Assembly (NCBI GenBank): GCA_029982205.1
Contig: JARRCM010000006.1
Coordinates: forward strand, 9,438 to 73,437
DNA from: Thermosediminibacterales bacterium
GTDB lineage: Bacteria > Bacillota > Thermosediminibacteria > Koleobacterales > JARRCM01
Length of the DNA stretch: 64,000 bases
Reading direction: 5' to 3'
Numbering within the stretch: position 1 is the first letter of the stretch; every line of letters starts with the position of its first letter. A program made the position numbers and the translations under genes. This document shows positions 11,464 to 21,649 of the stretch, one piece after another. Below the pieces are notes generated by a model. The model searched no databases and was not told the origin of the DNA. It worked only from the letters and a program-made list of their open reading frames with translations.

Positions 11464-12843
11464 TTAACTTTCAGATACTCCGTCTTGTTTTTCTCCTTCA
11501 CTTGTATTAGTTTCTTCTTCTTTTTTTATGTTGCTTTCACCTTCTTTGATTGATTTCACCTTTATATTAGCATTATCTACTAAAAAATCAAGGGTTTTTC
11601 TGTTAACAATATTGTCCTTTATGCGCTCTAGCTGTTCCTCAGAGATGTTTTTCTTATAGTCCTCAAAGCTCTTGTTATAAACCTTGGCCATTTCTTTCAA
11701 CTCTTCATCAATCTCATCCTGAGTAGCTTCCAGTTTTTCTTGTTTTGCAATAGCTTCTAATACAAGTGCCGCTTTAACATCATAATATGCATCATCTCTA
11801 AATTTGCTTTTTAAATCTTCCTGAGTCATGTTGGCTGAATCCAGATATGTTTCAAGATTTGTTCCCTGATACCTAAGCTGCAGACTAAAGTTGCGGATCA
11901 TGTTGTTTATTTGATTCTCTACCATTACTTCGGGAATATCGACTTCAGCATTTTCAGTAACTTTTTTTACAATTGTGTCTTGCAACATGTTTTTGCTGAG
12001 ATTTTCTAACCTTTCTTTTATTTTATTCTCTAAATCTTTCCTGAATTCCTGCAAAGTTTCAAACTCACTCACATCTTTTGCAAATTCATCGTCCAGTTCC
12101 GGCAGCTGTTTTTCCTTTATTTCCTTTACTTTAACTTTGAATATAGCCTCTTTACCTGCAAACTCTTTTAAGTGATATTCTTCCGGGAAAGTTACTTTTA
12201 TTTCTTTCTCATCATCGATTTTTACCCCTTCTAACTGTTCCTCAAAACCCGGTATGAAACTTCCTGAACCAAGTTCAAGAGGAAAGTTTTCAGCTTTACC
12301 TCCTTCAAAAGGCTGGCCATCAATAAAACCTTCAAAATCTATAATAACTATATCACCTTTTTGAGCGGCGCGGTTTTCAACCGAAACAAGTCTGGCGTTT
12401 TTTTGCCTTATTTTTTCAAGTTCATCATTTACTGTTTTTTCTGTTACTTCATATTCTAATTTTTCCGCTTCTATGCCTTTATATTCCCCTAATTTCACTT
12501 CAGGTTTAACGGTTACTTCGGCCGTAAATATAAACGGCTTGTCTTTTTCAAGCTGTAGAATGTCAAATTTAGGATTGTCAACAGGCTCAATCCCTGTTTC
12601 TTTTACCGCCTTTGGATATACCTCAGGAATTATCAGGTTTACAGCATCTTCATAAAAAATAGCCTCACCATACCTTGCTTCAAGTATTTTCCTAGGAACT
12701 TTACCCTTTCTGAATCCCGGAACAAAAAATTTTTTTACATTTTTTCTATAGGATTTTTCTATAGCCTCAGCAAATTTCTCTTTAGTAACTTCTATTTTTA
12801 TAGTTGCAGTATTTTTTTCTTTCTTCTCAAGTTGGGCCTTCAT
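11464..12843 (-). CDS. tig: Trigger factor
   Basis: 459 aa. The ribosome-binding motif GFRKGKVP is near the N-terminus and an FKBP-type domain is central. Sits upstream of clpP-clpX. Confidence 0.95.
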   Translation of the reverse strand: MKAQLEKKEKNTATIKIEVTKEKFAEAIEKSYRKNVKKFFVPGFRKGKVPRKILEARYGEAIFYEDAVNLIIPEVYPKAVKETGIEPVDNPKFDILQLEKDKPFIFTAEVTVKPEVKLGEYKGIEAEKLEYEVTEKTVNDELEKIRQKNARLVSVENRAAQKGDIVIIDFEGFIDGQPFEGGKAENFPLELGSGSFIPGFEEQLEGVKIDDEKEIKVTFPEEYHLKEFAGKEAIFKVKVKEIKEKQLPELDDEFAKDVSEFETLQEFRKDLENKIKERLENLSKNMLQDTIVKKVTENAEVDIPEVMVENQINNMIRNFSLQLRYQGTNLETYLDSANMTQEDLKSKFRDDAYYDVKAALVLEAIAKQEKLEATQDEIDEELKEMAKVYNKSFEDYKKNISEEQLERIKDNIVNRKTLDFLVDNANIKVKSIKEGESNIKKEEETNTSEGEKQDGVSES

Positions 12844-12908
12844 TTATTAGTTCCTCCTCTTGAAAAAATTTATGTAAAAAATAAAAAAATACTAACTTTA
12901 ACCATTAT

Positions 12909-12937
12909 ATTATAGCATACATTATTATAATATCCAA
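12909..12937 (-). promoter_or_regulatory. Sigma-A type promoter for tig
   Basis: Minus strand has TTGGAT (12937-12932), a 17-nt spacer and TATAAT (12914-12909). Confidence 0.5.
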
Positions 12938-13000
12938 TAAAACACAAAACAAAAACCCTGCCTGTAAATAGAAACATAACACACCAATAATATACCACAA

Positions 13001-13029
13001 TTTTAGCGCACCATAAAGGTGCGCTAAAA
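13001..13029 (-). terminator. Terminator after the distal tRNA cluster
   Basis: Perfect 12-bp stem UUUUAGCGCACC/GGUGCGCUAAAA with a 5-nt loop, flanked by A/U runs. Confidence 0.75.
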
Positions 13030-13068
13030 TGCACTCAACAAAAGAATTTACAGTTAAAAAAATAAAAA

Positions 13069-13143
13069 TGGAGCGGAAGACGGGATTTGAACCCGCGACC
13101 CTCGCCTTGGCAAGGCGATGCTCTACCACTGAGCCACTTCCGC
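13069..13143 (-). tRNA. tRNA-Gly (GCC)
   Basis: The reverse complement folds as a cloverleaf with GGTTCAAATCC T-arm, anticodon loop TTGCCAA and encoded CCA. Confidence 0.92.
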
Positions 13144-13147
13144 ATAC

Positions 13148-13234
13148 TGGTGCGAGGAAAGGGACTCGAACCCCCACGCCGTAAGGGCACTAGATCCTAA
13201 GTCTAGCGCGTCTGCCAATTCCGCCATCCTCGCA
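13148..13234 (-). tRNA. tRNA-Leu (TAG)
   Basis: 87 nt class II tRNA with a long variable arm, anticodon loop CTTAGGA, GGTTCGAGTCC T-arm and encoded CCA. Confidence 0.9.
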
Positions 13235-13243
13235 ATTAGTTAA

Positions 13244-13319
13244 TGGTGAGCCATGGAGGAATCGAACCTCCGACACCCTGATTAAAAGTCAGGTGCTCTA
13301 CCGACTGAGCTAATGGCCC
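13244..13319 (-). tRNA. tRNA-Lys (TTT)
   Basis: Anticodon stem-loop CCTGA-CTTTTAA-TCAGG, GGTTCGATTCC T-arm and encoded CCA. Confidence 0.92.
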
Positions 13320-13340
13320 ACGTTCAGTCCAACTTCTTAA

Positions 13341-13417
13341 TGGTGCGCCCGGCAGGATTCGAACCTGCGACCTCCAGATTCGAAGTCTGTAACTCTATCC
13401 AGCTGAGCTACGGGCGC
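13341..13417 (-). tRNA. tRNA-Arg (TCG)
   Basis: Anticodon loop CTTCGAA, GGTTCGAATCC T-arm and encoded CCA. Confidence 0.88.
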
Positions 13418-13438
13418 TTAATAAATTTGACAGCTAAA

Positions 13439-13467
13439 ATTATAACAAAAAAACTTCACCTGGTCAA
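13439..13467 (-). promoter_or_regulatory. Near-consensus sigma-A promoter for the distal tRNA cluster
   Basis: TTGACC (13467-13462), a 17-nt spacer and TATAAT (13444-13439), about 20 nt upstream of tRNA-Arg. Confidence 0.65.
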
Positions 13468-13475
13468 GGACAATT

Positions 13476-14201
13476 TCAGCCTAACTTCACCCTATTGTAA
13501 AAACCAAAAAAACTGTTCCCAGAAGTCGTTTTTATAAAATAAGTCCGGTTTGGATTTATTATTATCTCAAATGGAAAACTAAATGTCTGAGGCTTTCCAT
13601 AAATGTCAAGTATATCAACATCCCTTATATCAGGATATGTCGTAAAAAACTTCTGCAGTGTTAAACCAAAAGGCCTGGCCAGCACATTTGCTAAAAGAAA
13701 GACCGCTGCAATGTTTATCAGAGACAGGTGTTTATAAAAAAAGAGCATAAATATAAATACAAGAGAGAAAAGAAAATTGGCAGCTGCTATTGAAGTTCCA
13801 CATCTTGGATGCAAAGCAAGTCTTGTTTCACCGTTCGCCATGCGGTAAAGGCCTTCTCTTGCAGCATCCAAAACTTCGTAATGGGATGGAAGATCCGGGC
13901 CTGAAAGCGAGAAACCGTTAGAATATGCAAGCCCTCCTATTCTTAAAGAACGGCCGTATCTCTCCTCAAGCACGTTAACAGTAGCATGTTCCAAACTATG
14001 ATTCTTTCTAACCCTCTTGTCCACAGCTATTTTCAAAATCTGCCACGGTATCGTAATTACATTGAAAAAGGAATTAAAAATGATTACATATGGAATCAAA
14101 AACAAAAAACCTATTACAGAGAAAATAAGAAACGGTATCAGAAGATAAGGAAAGAATAAAAGAATTAAAAGCAACACAAATAAAAAAGGCACAAAAATCA
14201 A
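13476..14201 (-). CDS. Hypothetical polytopic membrane protein with an HSLEH (HxxEH) motif and HPRCGTS
   Basis: 241 aa, or about 238 aa if the GTG at 14192 is used (GGGAGG lies 9 nt upstream). Hydrophobic N-terminal and central helices flank a soluble segment, NHSLEHATVNVLEERYG...HPRCGTS. I recognise no family. Confidence 0.6.
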   Translation of the reverse strand: MIFVPFLFVLLLILLFFPYLLIPFLIFSVIGFLFLIPYVIIFNSFFNVITIPWQILKIAVDKRVRKNHSLEHATVNVLEERYGRSLRIGGLAYSNGFSLSGPDLPSHYEVLDAAREGLYRMANGETRLALHPRCGTSIAAANFLFSLVFIFMLFFYKHLSLINIAAVFLLANVLARPFGLTLQKFFTTYPDIRDVDILDIYGKPQTFSFPFEIIINPNRTYFIKTTSGNSFFGFYNRVKLG

Positions 14202-14229
14202 CCTCCCTTTTGATGGAAGAACTGTTTTT

Positions 14230-14238
14230 ATTATATCA
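14230..14238 (-). promoter_or_regulatory. Extended -10 promoter (TGATATAAT) for the membrane-protein CDS
   Basis: Minus strand reads TGATATAAT about 25 nt upstream of the SD. No good -35 element. Confidence 0.4.
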
Positions 14239-14290
14239 AATAATTTGACAAAAAAAAATAAAAACTCACTAAAAACAAACTTAGTTCAAA

Positions 14291-14319
14291 ACAAAAAAAC
14301 AGCTTGTTTAAAGCTGTTT
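14291..14319 (-). terminator. Terminator after the proximal tRNA cluster
   Basis: 9-bp stem AAACAGCUU/AAGCUGUUU followed by UUUUUUUG on the minus strand. Confidence 0.75.
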
Positions 14320-14329
14320 CACGACTTTT

Positions 14330-14407
<78 letters not shown>

Positions 14408-14412
14408 ATAAA

Positions 14413-14489
14413 TGGTGCGCCTGGGAGGACTCGAACCCCCGACACACGGATTAGAAGTCCGTTGCTCTATCCACCTGAGCTACAGGCGC
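14413..14489 (-). tRNA. tRNA-Arg (TCT)
   Basis: Anticodon stem-loop ACGGA-CTTCTAA-TCCGT, GGTTCGAGTCC T-arm and encoded CCA. Confidence 0.9.
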
Positions 14490-14500
14490 ATTTTATATAA

Positions 14501-14576
14501 TGGAGCGGGAAACGGGATTCGAACCCGCGACCCCCAGCTTGGAAGGCTGGTGCTCTAGCCCCTGAGCTACTCCCGC
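14501..14576 (-). tRNA. tRNA-Gly (TCC)
   Basis: Anticodon stem-loop CCAGC-CTTCCAA-GCTGG, GGTTCGAATCC T-arm and encoded CCA. Confidence 0.92.
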
Positions 14577-14620
14577 ATCTTTATTCTTAAACAAAAAAAT
14601 TTAAATTAAAGACAATGTAT

Positions 14621-14649
14621 AGTATAACCGAATTTCAAACCCGAGTCAA
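14621..14649 (-). promoter_or_regulatory. Sigma-A promoter for the proximal tRNA cluster
   Basis: TTGACT (14649-14644), a 17-nt spacer and TATACT (14626-14621), about 45 nt upstream of tRNA-Gly. Confidence 0.6.
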
Positions 14650-14796
14650 AATCGGGAACAGCATTTAAATTTACATTAATAAAAGCTATTAGATAAATAC
14701 TCGCTGTATTTCTGTTTTTCTCGTGTTATCGTTATTAATTTTACCATAATTTCATTTTGTATGCAACTTTAAGAACAACAAAAAGATGTTTTCTAA

Positions 14797-16080
14797 TTAT
14801 ATATGCTTTTGAAGTATTGAAAAATATCCCGGAAAAGAAACTGAAACACACTCCGAGCCCTTGATAACCGTTTCCCCCCTGGCTTTCAAACCAGCAACAG
14901 ACATTGCCATAGCTATTCGATGGTCGTTATGGCTTTCAACCTCAGCTGAGTGTAGTTGTTTCCTGCCTTTTATTATAAGCCCGTCATCTGTTTCGGTTAC
15001 TTCTCCACCCAATTTGTTTAATTCTGCAGCCATTGCGCTTAAGCGGTTGCTCTCCTTGACCTTTAGCTCAGCAGCGTCTTTTATGACGGTAGTGCCTTCG
15101 GCAAAAGCGGCGGCTACAGACAGTATAGGAATTTCATCTATTAACCTGGGTATTATTTCACCGCCTATTTCTGTGGATTTCAATTTGCTGCTTACTACCT
15201 CTATATCTGCCACTGGTTCGTTGTTTTTTACTCTTTTGTTTCTAAGCCGGATTTTAGCACCCATTCGGTATAATACATCGAGAAGCCCTGTTCGGGTAGG
15301 GTTAATTCCCACTTCTTCAATTATAATGTGGGAATCTGGAATTAAAGTTGCAGCAACGATAAAGAAGGCGGCTGAGGAGAAATCCCCGGGGACAACAATA
15401 TCTGCAGCAGTGAAACTGTCAACCCTGCGGACTTTTACCGTGTTTCCTTCAACTGTTACGGGACAGCCGAAGTGTTCAAGCATCCGCTCGGTATGGTCTC
15501 GTGATTTGGCGGGTTCAGTAACTTTAGTCTCCCCTTCGGCGTAGAGCCCGGCTAAGAGCAGACAGGACTTTACCTGAGCACTGGCCACAGGGCTTTTATA
15601 ATCTATGCCTTTTAACCTGCCTCCCTTTATTTTTAACGGTGCAAGATTGGCATCATCCCTGCCGTAAATCTCAGCGCCCATCAACTTCAAAGGCTTAGTT
15701 ACCCTTGCCATCGGCCTTCTTTTAATCGAATCATCCCCGGTTATCTCTGCTGTAAAGGGCTGGCCTGCAAGTATGCCGAGGAGCAGCCGTATTGTGGTCC
15801 CTGAATTCCCAACATCTAATACCTGTTCAGGCGGTTTTAAGCCATAAAGTCCTTTGCCGTATACCACAACCCTATTTCTTGTTTTGTCAACATCTATCTT
15901 AACTCCCATTTTCCTAAAACAGTTTATTGTGCTTATACAGTCTTGGCCCATTAAAAATCCATCAATTGCAGTTATCCCCTCAGCTATTGAACCCAGCATT
16001 ACTGCCCTGTGTGAAACAGATTTATCGCCTGGTATTCTTATTATGCCTTTTAAACCTTTTGTTGCCTCTCGAATAATCAA
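14797..16080 (-). CDS. aroA: 3-phosphoshikimate 1-carboxyvinyltransferase (EPSP synthase)
   Basis: 427 aa. EPSPS signatures: PGDKSVSHR near the N-terminus, LGNSGTT-like ([11 protein letters not shown]), and DHRIAMA near the C-terminus. Confidence 0.95.
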   Translation of the reverse strand: MIIREATKGLKGIIRIPGDKSVSHRAVMLGSIAEGITAIDGFLMGQDCISTINCFRKMGVKIDVDKTRNRVVVYGKGLYGLKPPEQVLDVGNSGTTIRLLLGILAGQPFTAEITGDDSIKRRPMARVTKPLKLMGAEIYGRDDANLAPLKIKGGRLKGIDYKSPVASAQVKSCLLLAGLYAEGETKVTEPAKSRDHTERMLEHFGCPVTVEGNTVKVRRVDSFTAADIVVPGDFSSAAFFIVAATLIPDSHIIIEEVGINPTRTGLLDVLYRMGAKIRLRNKRVKNNEPVADIEVVSSKLKSTEIGGEIIPRLIDEIPILSVAAAFAEGTTVIKDAAELKVKESNRLSAMAAELNKLGGEVTETDDGLIIKGRKQLHSAEVESHNDHRIAMAMSVAGLKARGETVIKGSECVSVSFPGYFSILQKHI

Positions 16081-16117
16081 CTGCTATCACTCCTCAAATT
16101 GTTTCATTGTTTTCTTA

Positions 16118-17146
16118 TTACATTTCATTACCGTTAAACCTTCTGCCAGTGAGTTCAACCACTGATTTTAATTCTTTCATAAGATTTGTAAAGTTTTCTA
16201 TTGTCAAGGACTGTGGGCCATCTGAACATGCCTCTTTTGGATTAGGATGGACCTCTATTATTAAACCGTCTGCTCCGGCGGCCACTGCCGCTTTTGCCAT
16301 AGGTGAAACCATCCACCATTTGCCTGTGGCATGGCTCGGGTCAACTATAACAGGCAAATGGCTCAATTGTTTTATTGCCGGAACAGCGCTTAAATCAAGG
16401 GTGTTCCTCGTATAAGTTTCAAATGTCCTTATTCCCCTCTCGCAAAGCATCACATTAAAATTGCCTTCTTTCATGATATATTCTGCTGCATTAAGCCATT
16501 CTTCAAGTGTAGCAGACATCCCGCGTTTTAGCATAACAGGTTTGTTTGTTTTCCCTACTTCTTTAAGCAGGTGAAAGTTCTGCATGTTCCTAGCTCCGAT
16601 TTGCAATATGTCAGCATATTTAGAAACCATTTCAAGTGTATCAACCCTTACAACTTCAGTAATAATTAAAAGACCGGTTTGTTCCCTGGCTTCTGCCAGT
16701 ATCTTCAACCCTTCTTCTTCTAAACCCTGGAAGGAATAAGGTGATGTTCTCGGCTTAAACGCTCCACCACGCAGTATTTTAGCTCCGGCTTTTTTAACGG
16801 CATGGGCGGTTTTGAGAACCTGCTCCCTGCTTTCAACTGCACATGGGCCTGCCATAACAACAAATTCACCGTTACCTATCTCTACATCGCCTATTTTAAT
16901 AACAGTAGGCTCAGGCTTGAAACTCCGGCTGGCAAGCTTGTAAGGTTCCATAATAGGCACTATTTTTTCAACCCCGCTCATCAACTCTATAGGTTTATCT
17001 ATTATCTTGTTCCTGTCACCTATAACCCCTATTATGGTTACTTCTTTTCCTTTTGATAGGTGCACTTCCAGCCCTGAATTTTTTATAAATGATACCACCT
17101 GTTCAATATCATGCTTTGTTGCGCTTTTGTTCATAACAATTACCAT
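16118..17146 (-). CDS. aroF: 3-deoxy-7-phosphoheptulonate (DAHP) synthase, type I-beta, with an N-terminal regulatory domain
   Basis: 342 aa. An N-terminal extension of about 75 aa resembles the ferredoxin/ACT-like one of Thermotoga-type enzymes. The catalytic core carries [21 protein letters not shown] and DPSHATG. Confidence 0.9.
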   Translation of the reverse strand: MVIVMNKSATKHDIEQVVSFIKNSGLEVHLSKGKEVTIIGVIGDRNKIIDKPIELMSGVEKIVPIMEPYKLASRSFKPEPTVIKIGDVEIGNGEFVVMAGPCAVESREQVLKTAHAVKKAGAKILRGGAFKPRTSPYSFQGLEEEGLKILAEAREQTGLLIITEVVRVDTLEMVSKYADILQIGARNMQNFHLLKEVGKTNKPVMLKRGMSATLEEWLNAAEYIMKEGNFNVMLCERGIRTFETYTRNTLDLSAVPAIKQLSHLPVIVDPSHATGKWWMVSPMAKAAVAAGADGLIIEVHPNPKEACSDGPQSLTIENFTNLMKELKSVVELTGRRFNGNEM

Positions 17147-17180
17147 TCGTAAACACCTCCACTATTTAATATTTGTTAAA

Positions 17181-17455
17181 TTTAAATCAAAAACCCCTCG
17201 CCCTTCTGGGACGAGAGGTTCTCGCGTTACCACCCAGGTTATTTTGCGTTTGCAAAATCCCTCATTATTAGGGTACGGAGCTTTTAAGCCCTTATACCCC
17301 CTTTCTTTTAACGGTGAAAGTTTCCGTCCCGGCCTACTGTCATTTCAGCCTGCAGCTCCGGGGTGTATTCAACGGTTTCTCCCCATCGGCCTTCCACCAT
17401 CACCGACTCGCTAAAGGTATCGAAAGCCGTCTACTTCTCCCCTTCACAGCCCTTT
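17181..17455 (-). promoter_or_regulatory. T-box leader with UAC (Tyr) specifier upstream of DAHP synthase
   Basis: The specifier loop reads AGAAGUA on the 5' side and GAA-UAC-A on the 3' side (UAC at 17367-17365). The T-box core is GGGUGGUAACGCGAG. The terminator CCUCUCGUCCC-agaa-GGGCGAGGGG is followed by UUUUU. Confidence 0.85.
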
Positions 17456-17504
17456 TGACATTATTTAAATTCAATTGTTTTATAATATTTTGAATAAAAT
17501 TATA

Positions 17505-18611
17505 TTATATTTTTTTACCCCTGTCAACAACATCAAAAAATTTTTCTAAAGTTTTGTGATCTATTTCAAACACATCTACCATTCCATAATCTTTCGGCAG
17601 CACGAACCTTGGAATTTCTCTTTTTATCTTTTTATCATAATATATGTTCCTGATGACCTCTTCAGGGTCGATTCCGTTAAAATCAATTGGAAGCCCTGCT
17701 TTAATCAGGATTGCTTTAATTCTTTCAACAATATCCTCCCTTACAAGGCCCAGGAATACGGCTAATTTAGCTTCGAAGTACTGCCCCACCGCAACTGCTT
17801 CTCCATGGCGAAAGCGCGAATACCCTCCTGCAGCTTCAACCGCATGGCCGATCGTATGCCCAAAATTCAATATTGCACGAATTCCCTTTTCTTTTTCATC
17901 TTTAGAAACTATATGAGCCTTGATTTCACAAGACCTTTTTACAGCTTTGATAATTTTTTCTTCATCGAAGTCAAAAAAGATTTTATCAAGTTCTTTTTCC
18001 AGGAACTCAAAAAACTCCCAGTCCCATATGATTCCATACTTAATAACTTCACTGAGGCCTGCCCTGAATTCTCTTTCAGGCAGCGATTTTAATACAGATA
18101 TATCTATGAATACTGATTTGGGCTGGTGAAACGCTCCGATTATGTTTTTGGCATGGGGTAGATTTACAGCCACCTTACCGCCAACGCTGCTGTCTACTTG
18201 GGCTAAAAGGGTCGTGGGAATCTGAAAGTAGTCTATACCCCTCATGTAACAGGCTGCGGTAAACCCTGCGATATCACCCACCACACCGCCGCCTAATGCA
18301 ACTATAACTGAATCCCTATCCAATCGTTTTTCCAAAGCGGCTGTAAACAGGCTTTCCATAACCGAAAGGCGCTTGCTTTTTTCGCCGGGAGGAATCTCCT
18401 CAACAAAAACATCCAGACCTTCATCAAGAAATGATTTTTTAACCTTTTCACCCGCCAAACGGTTTACTGTAGAATCGGTTATTATCATAACTTTAGGTGA
18501 TCTCATATATTGTCTCAAGAAACGTCCTGCTTTACTAATTTCCCCGTTTGTTATAAAAATCGTGTATGAATTTTCCCCCAGTTTAACTTCTACTCTTTCC
18601 AAGGTTTCCAC
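17505..18611 (-). CDS. aroB: 3-dehydroquinate synthase
   Basis: 368 aa. GGGVVGDIAGF nucleotide-binding motif and the HTIGHA metal site. Confidence 0.93.
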   Translation of the reverse strand: METLERVEVKLGENSYTIFITNGEISKAGRFLRQYMRSPKVMIITDSTVNRLAGEKVKKSFLDEGLDVFVEEIPPGEKSKRLSVMESLFTAALEKRLDRDSVIVALGGGVVGDIAGFTAACYMRGIDYFQIPTTLLAQVDSSVGGKVAVNLPHAKNIIGAFHQPKSVFIDISVLKSLPEREFRAGLSEVIKYGIIWDWEFFEFLEKELDKIFFDFDEEKIIKAVKRSCEIKAHIVSKDEKEKGIRAILNFGHTIGHAVEAAGGYSRFRHGEAVAVGQYFEAKLAVFLGLVREDIVERIKAILIKAGLPIDFNGIDPEEVIRNIYYDKKIKREIPRFVLPKDYGMVDVFEIDHKTLEKFFDVVDRGKKI

Positions 18612-19667
18612 CTACCTATTTCTTAAATGTTTAATATAATTTTCAAAATTAGATACAAGTTCTTCTAAACTGTCACCGCCGAACTTTTCCGTTACTGCTT
18701 GAGCTAAAACCCATGCAACTACAGCTTCACCTACTACAGATGCTGCATAAACCGCACTCACATCTGAACGTTCTATTCCTGCGGCAATAGGCTGTTTTGT
18801 CTTTATATCCACACTTCTAAGGGGTTTTCGTAAAGTTGGTATTGGCTTCATAGCTGCCTTAACTACTATTGGACTGCCGTTAGAAATACCTGCTTCTATC
18901 CCTCCTGCATTGTTGGTTTCCCGGTAAAAACCCCTCTGTTTGTCATAAAAAATCTCATCATGCACTTTTGAACCCGGCAATCCGGCAGATTTGAAACCCA
19001 AACCTATTTCAACACCTTTTACTGCCTGAATGCTCATTAGACCAAAAGCCAGGTGCGCATCAAGTTTCCGGTCCCAATGGACATGACTTCCTAAACCCGG
19101 CGGAACACCTTCTGCCGTAATCTGGAAAATTCCTCCCAGGGAATCTCCTTCTGAACGAACTTTATCTATAGTCTTTTTTATATCATCTTCTTTATCCGCT
19201 CCACCTACTTCCAAGACCTTTCCCGTTACTGTTATCCCTAAAACTTCCAACAGCTGTTTTGCAACACCACCCACAGCTACTCTTATGGCTGTTTCCCTTG
19301 CGCTGGCTCGTTCCAAAACGTTTCTTATATCATTATGGTTGTATTTCAAAGCCCCTGCCAGGTCCCCATGACCTGGTCGTGGCCTCGTAAACACAGGGGG
19401 GGTTTTGTCTTTCCAGTTTTCCCAGTCAAGATTTTTTATCATTAAAGTAAGGGGTGAGCCTGTTGTCCTGTTTTTGATTAGCCCGCTCAGAACCTCCACA
19501 TGGTCTTTTTCTATTTTCATTCTGCCTCCCCGGCCATAACCCTGCTGCCTCCGTGCCAAATCGGCATCTATTTTCGAAGTGTCTATTGTCAAATTTGACG
19601 GCAGACCTTCAATTATTGCCATCAATGCCTTTCCATGGGATTCTCCTCCTGAAAGATAGCGCAGCAA
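18612..19667 (-). CDS. aroC: Chorismate synthase
   Basis: 351 aa. GESHG at the N-terminus, [12 protein letters not shown], and the RSDVSAV-like motif. Confidence 0.93.
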   Translation of the reverse strand: MLRYLSGGESHGKALMAIIEGLPSNLTIDTSKIDADLARRQQGYGRGGRMKIEKDHVEVLSGLIKNRTTGSPLTLMIKNLDWENWKDKTPPVFTRPRPGHGDLAGALKYNHNDIRNVLERASARETAIRVAVGGVAKQLLEVLGITVTGKVLEVGGADKEDDIKKTIDKVRSEGDSLGGIFQITAEGVPPGLGSHVHWDRKLDAHLAFGLMSIQAVKGVEIGLGFKSAGLPGSKVHDEIFYDKQRGFYRETNNAGGIEAGISNGSPIVVKAAMKPIPTLRKPLRSVDIKTKQPIAAGIERSDVSAVYAASVVGEAVVAWVLAQAVTEKFGGDSLEELVSNFENYIKHLRNR

Positions 19668-19699
19668 TCATATCACCTCTTTTAAAAAACACACTTCAC

Positions 19700-20194
19700 C
19701 TACAATGTGAAATGCTTTATTTCAGTTTTCACCTGACCGTTTTCTTCTATATAGAGCTTGCCGAAAGACCTTTGAGACCCGCTTCGGGGTAATGCGGTGC
19801 TTCCTGGATTCAAAAAAACTATTCCGTCATCTACAAAGACCTCTGCTATATGTGTATGGCCAAACACCACGATATCAGCTTTGACTTCTTTTGCCCTTAA
19901 TATGATATTTATGTATCCCCATTTAACATTATACCTGTTTCCATGTGTCAATAAAATACGCTTATCCATAAGGGTAAAAAGCCTTTCTTCAGGAAAAACT
20001 TTATTAAAATCGCAGTTGCCAGATACACATATTAATTCAAACCTGGGAAAATGCTGTTTTATTTTTTTTATATCTGAAACACCATCTCCGGCATGTAACA
20101 ACACATCTATACGTCCCATTTTATTAACAGCCTTTTTTGCTGTTTCATAAAACCCGTGAGTATCACTAATAACTCCGATCACCAAACAAATCAC
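19700..20194 (-). CDS. YfcE/YsnB-family metallophosphoesterase
   Basis: 164 aa. SDTHG, GD, GNCD and GHTH motifs. Position after rdgB matches B. subtilis ysnB. Confidence 0.85.
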   Translation of the reverse strand: MICLVIGVISDTHGFYETAKKAVNKMGRIDVLLHAGDGVSDIKKIKQHFPRFELICVSGNCDFNKVFPEERLFTLMDKRILLTHGNRYNVKWGYINIILRAKEVKADIVVFGHTHIAEVFVDDGIVFLNPGSTALPRSGSQRSFGKLYIEENGQVKTEIKHFTL

Positions 20195-20802
20195 CTTTCC
20201 ATTTGAAAAACGTCAATTATCTTTTGTTTCATTTTTGATAAAGCTTTAGCCCGATGACTGATACGGTTTTTCAAATCATCACCAAGTTCAGCCATTGTTG
20301 CATTGTATTCCGGGATGAAAAACAGGGGGTCGTATCCGAACCCGTGTTTGCCTTTAGGTTCTGTTGCTATATACCCTTCACATGAACCTGTTGTTGTAAA
20401 TATACTGCCCTGGGGAAGGGCTAAAGCCATAACACATACAAATCGGGCGGTTCTTTCATTGAAACTTACTCCCTCCAGCAGTTTAAGCAGCTTTTTATTG
20501 TTCTGTTCATCTGTTGCGTTTTCGCCTGCAAACCTGGCAGACCTTACTCCGGGCAGGCCTCCTATGTAATCAACTTCAAGGCCTGAATCATCAGCCAGTA
20601 CCGGTAGGTCTAAGATTTCCATAATTGTTTTTGCTTTTTTAACAGCATTTTGCTTAAAAGTGTCCCCGTCTTCTTTTACCTCCGGTAGACCTTTAAAATC
20701 ATCAATGGACTTTACCAACAAGGGTAGTTCGGAAAGAATGCTTTTTATTTCTTTAATCTTACCTTTGTTTCTGCTTGCTATGACAATCTTATTCATATCC
20801 AT
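20191..20802 (-). CDS. rdgB: dITP/XTP pyrophosphatase (Ham1/RdgB)
   Basis: 203 aa. SRNKGK, DDSGLEVD and FGYDPLF motifs. Overlaps the next gene by 4 nt. Confidence 0.92.
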   Translation of the reverse strand: MDMNKIVIASRNKGKIKEIKSILSELPLLVKSIDDFKGLPEVKEDGDTFKQNAVKKAKTIMEILDLPVLADDSGLEVDYIGGLPGVRSARFAGENATDEQNNKKLLKLLEGVSFNERTARFVCVMALALPQGSIFTTTGSCEGYIATEPKGKHGFGYDPLFFIPEYNATMAELGDDLKNRISHRAKALSKMKQKIIDVFQMER

Positions 20803-20822
20803 ATCTAATCAATCAGCCCTTT

Positions 20823-21545
20823 TCAAATATTATTCAAAACTTGTTTTTGTATTTGAATAAGTTCTTTTATTCCTTTTTCCGCCAGGTTTAAAAGTTCCAA
20901 CATTTCCTGTTTTGTAAAGGGGCTTTCTTCGCCTGTACCCTGGATTTCTACGATTTTTCCACTTTCTGTCATAACAACATTCATGTCCACCTTGGCTCCC
21001 GAGTCTTCGGTAAAACACAAGTCAAGCATTGGTTTATCATTTACCACACCCACACTCACGGCGGCCAAAAACTCTTTTATGGGAAATCTTTCTATTTGGC
21101 CATTTTTTAAAAGATGATCTAAAGCATCATATAGGGCTACAAATGCACCGGTTATAGAAGCAGTCCTTGTTCCACCGTCAGCTTGAATCACATCACAGTC
21201 TAACCAAATTGTACGTTCACCAAGAGCTGAAAGGTCTACTACAGAACGCAAAGCTCTTCCTATAAGGCGCTGAATCTCCTGTGTCCTGCCGCTGAGTCTT
21301 CCCTTGGCAACTTCTCGTATGTTTCTGGCTTCAGTTGCCCTGGGAAGCATTGAATATTCACCGGTTACCCATCCTTTGTTTTGCCCTCTAAGGAAGGGAG
21401 GCAGTTTTTCTTCAACTGTCGCAGTAACTATCACTTTGGTATCTCCTGTTTCTATTAAAACAGAACCCTCTGCATACTTGTTATAATTTCTTGTAATTTT
21501 GACAGGGCGAAGTTCGTCAAATTGCCTTTTGTCACATCTTTCCAT
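20823..21545 (-). CDS. rph: Ribonuclease PH
   Basis: 240 aa. Full-length RNase PH-like sequence (R.D.R...[29 protein letters not shown]). Confidence 0.95.
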   Translation of the reverse strand: MERCDKRQFDELRPVKITRNYNKYAEGSVLIETGDTKVIVTATVEEKLPPFLRGQNKGWVTGEYSMLPRATEARNIREVAKGRLSGRTQEIQRLIGRALRSVVDLSALGERTIWLDCDVIQADGGTRTASITGAFVALYDALDHLLKNGQIERFPIKEFLAAVSVGVVNDKPMLDLCFTEDSGAKVDMNVVMTESGKIVEIQGTGEESPFTKQEMLELLNLAEKGIKELIQIQKQVLNNI

Positions 21546-21565
21546 GGCATCATCTCCTTATTCAA

Positions 21566-21594
21566 CATTATATTTGAACAAAAGACTATTTGCA
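21566..21594 (-). promoter_or_regulatory. Sigma-A promoter for rph
   Basis: TTGCAA (21594-21589), a 17-nt spacer and TATAAT (21571-21566). Confidence 0.55.
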
Positions 21595-21649
21595 ACAAAA
21601 TTACCACAGCTTGTCCTCTTAAAATTTAAAAAAGTCTGTATTAATTATT

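Noticed and set aside
12905-13537. ORFs 12905-13177 (-) and 13313-13537 (+), and also 14245-14454 (+)
   Set aside because: They run through tRNA genes. The 'protein' sequence is just translated tRNA and terminator sequence.
14861-15544. 227-aa plus-strand ORF
   Set aside because: It is fully antisense to a clearly recognisable aroA. Its Ser/Leu/Ala/Thr-rich composition is typical of the reverse frame of a real gene, and it has no SD or motif.
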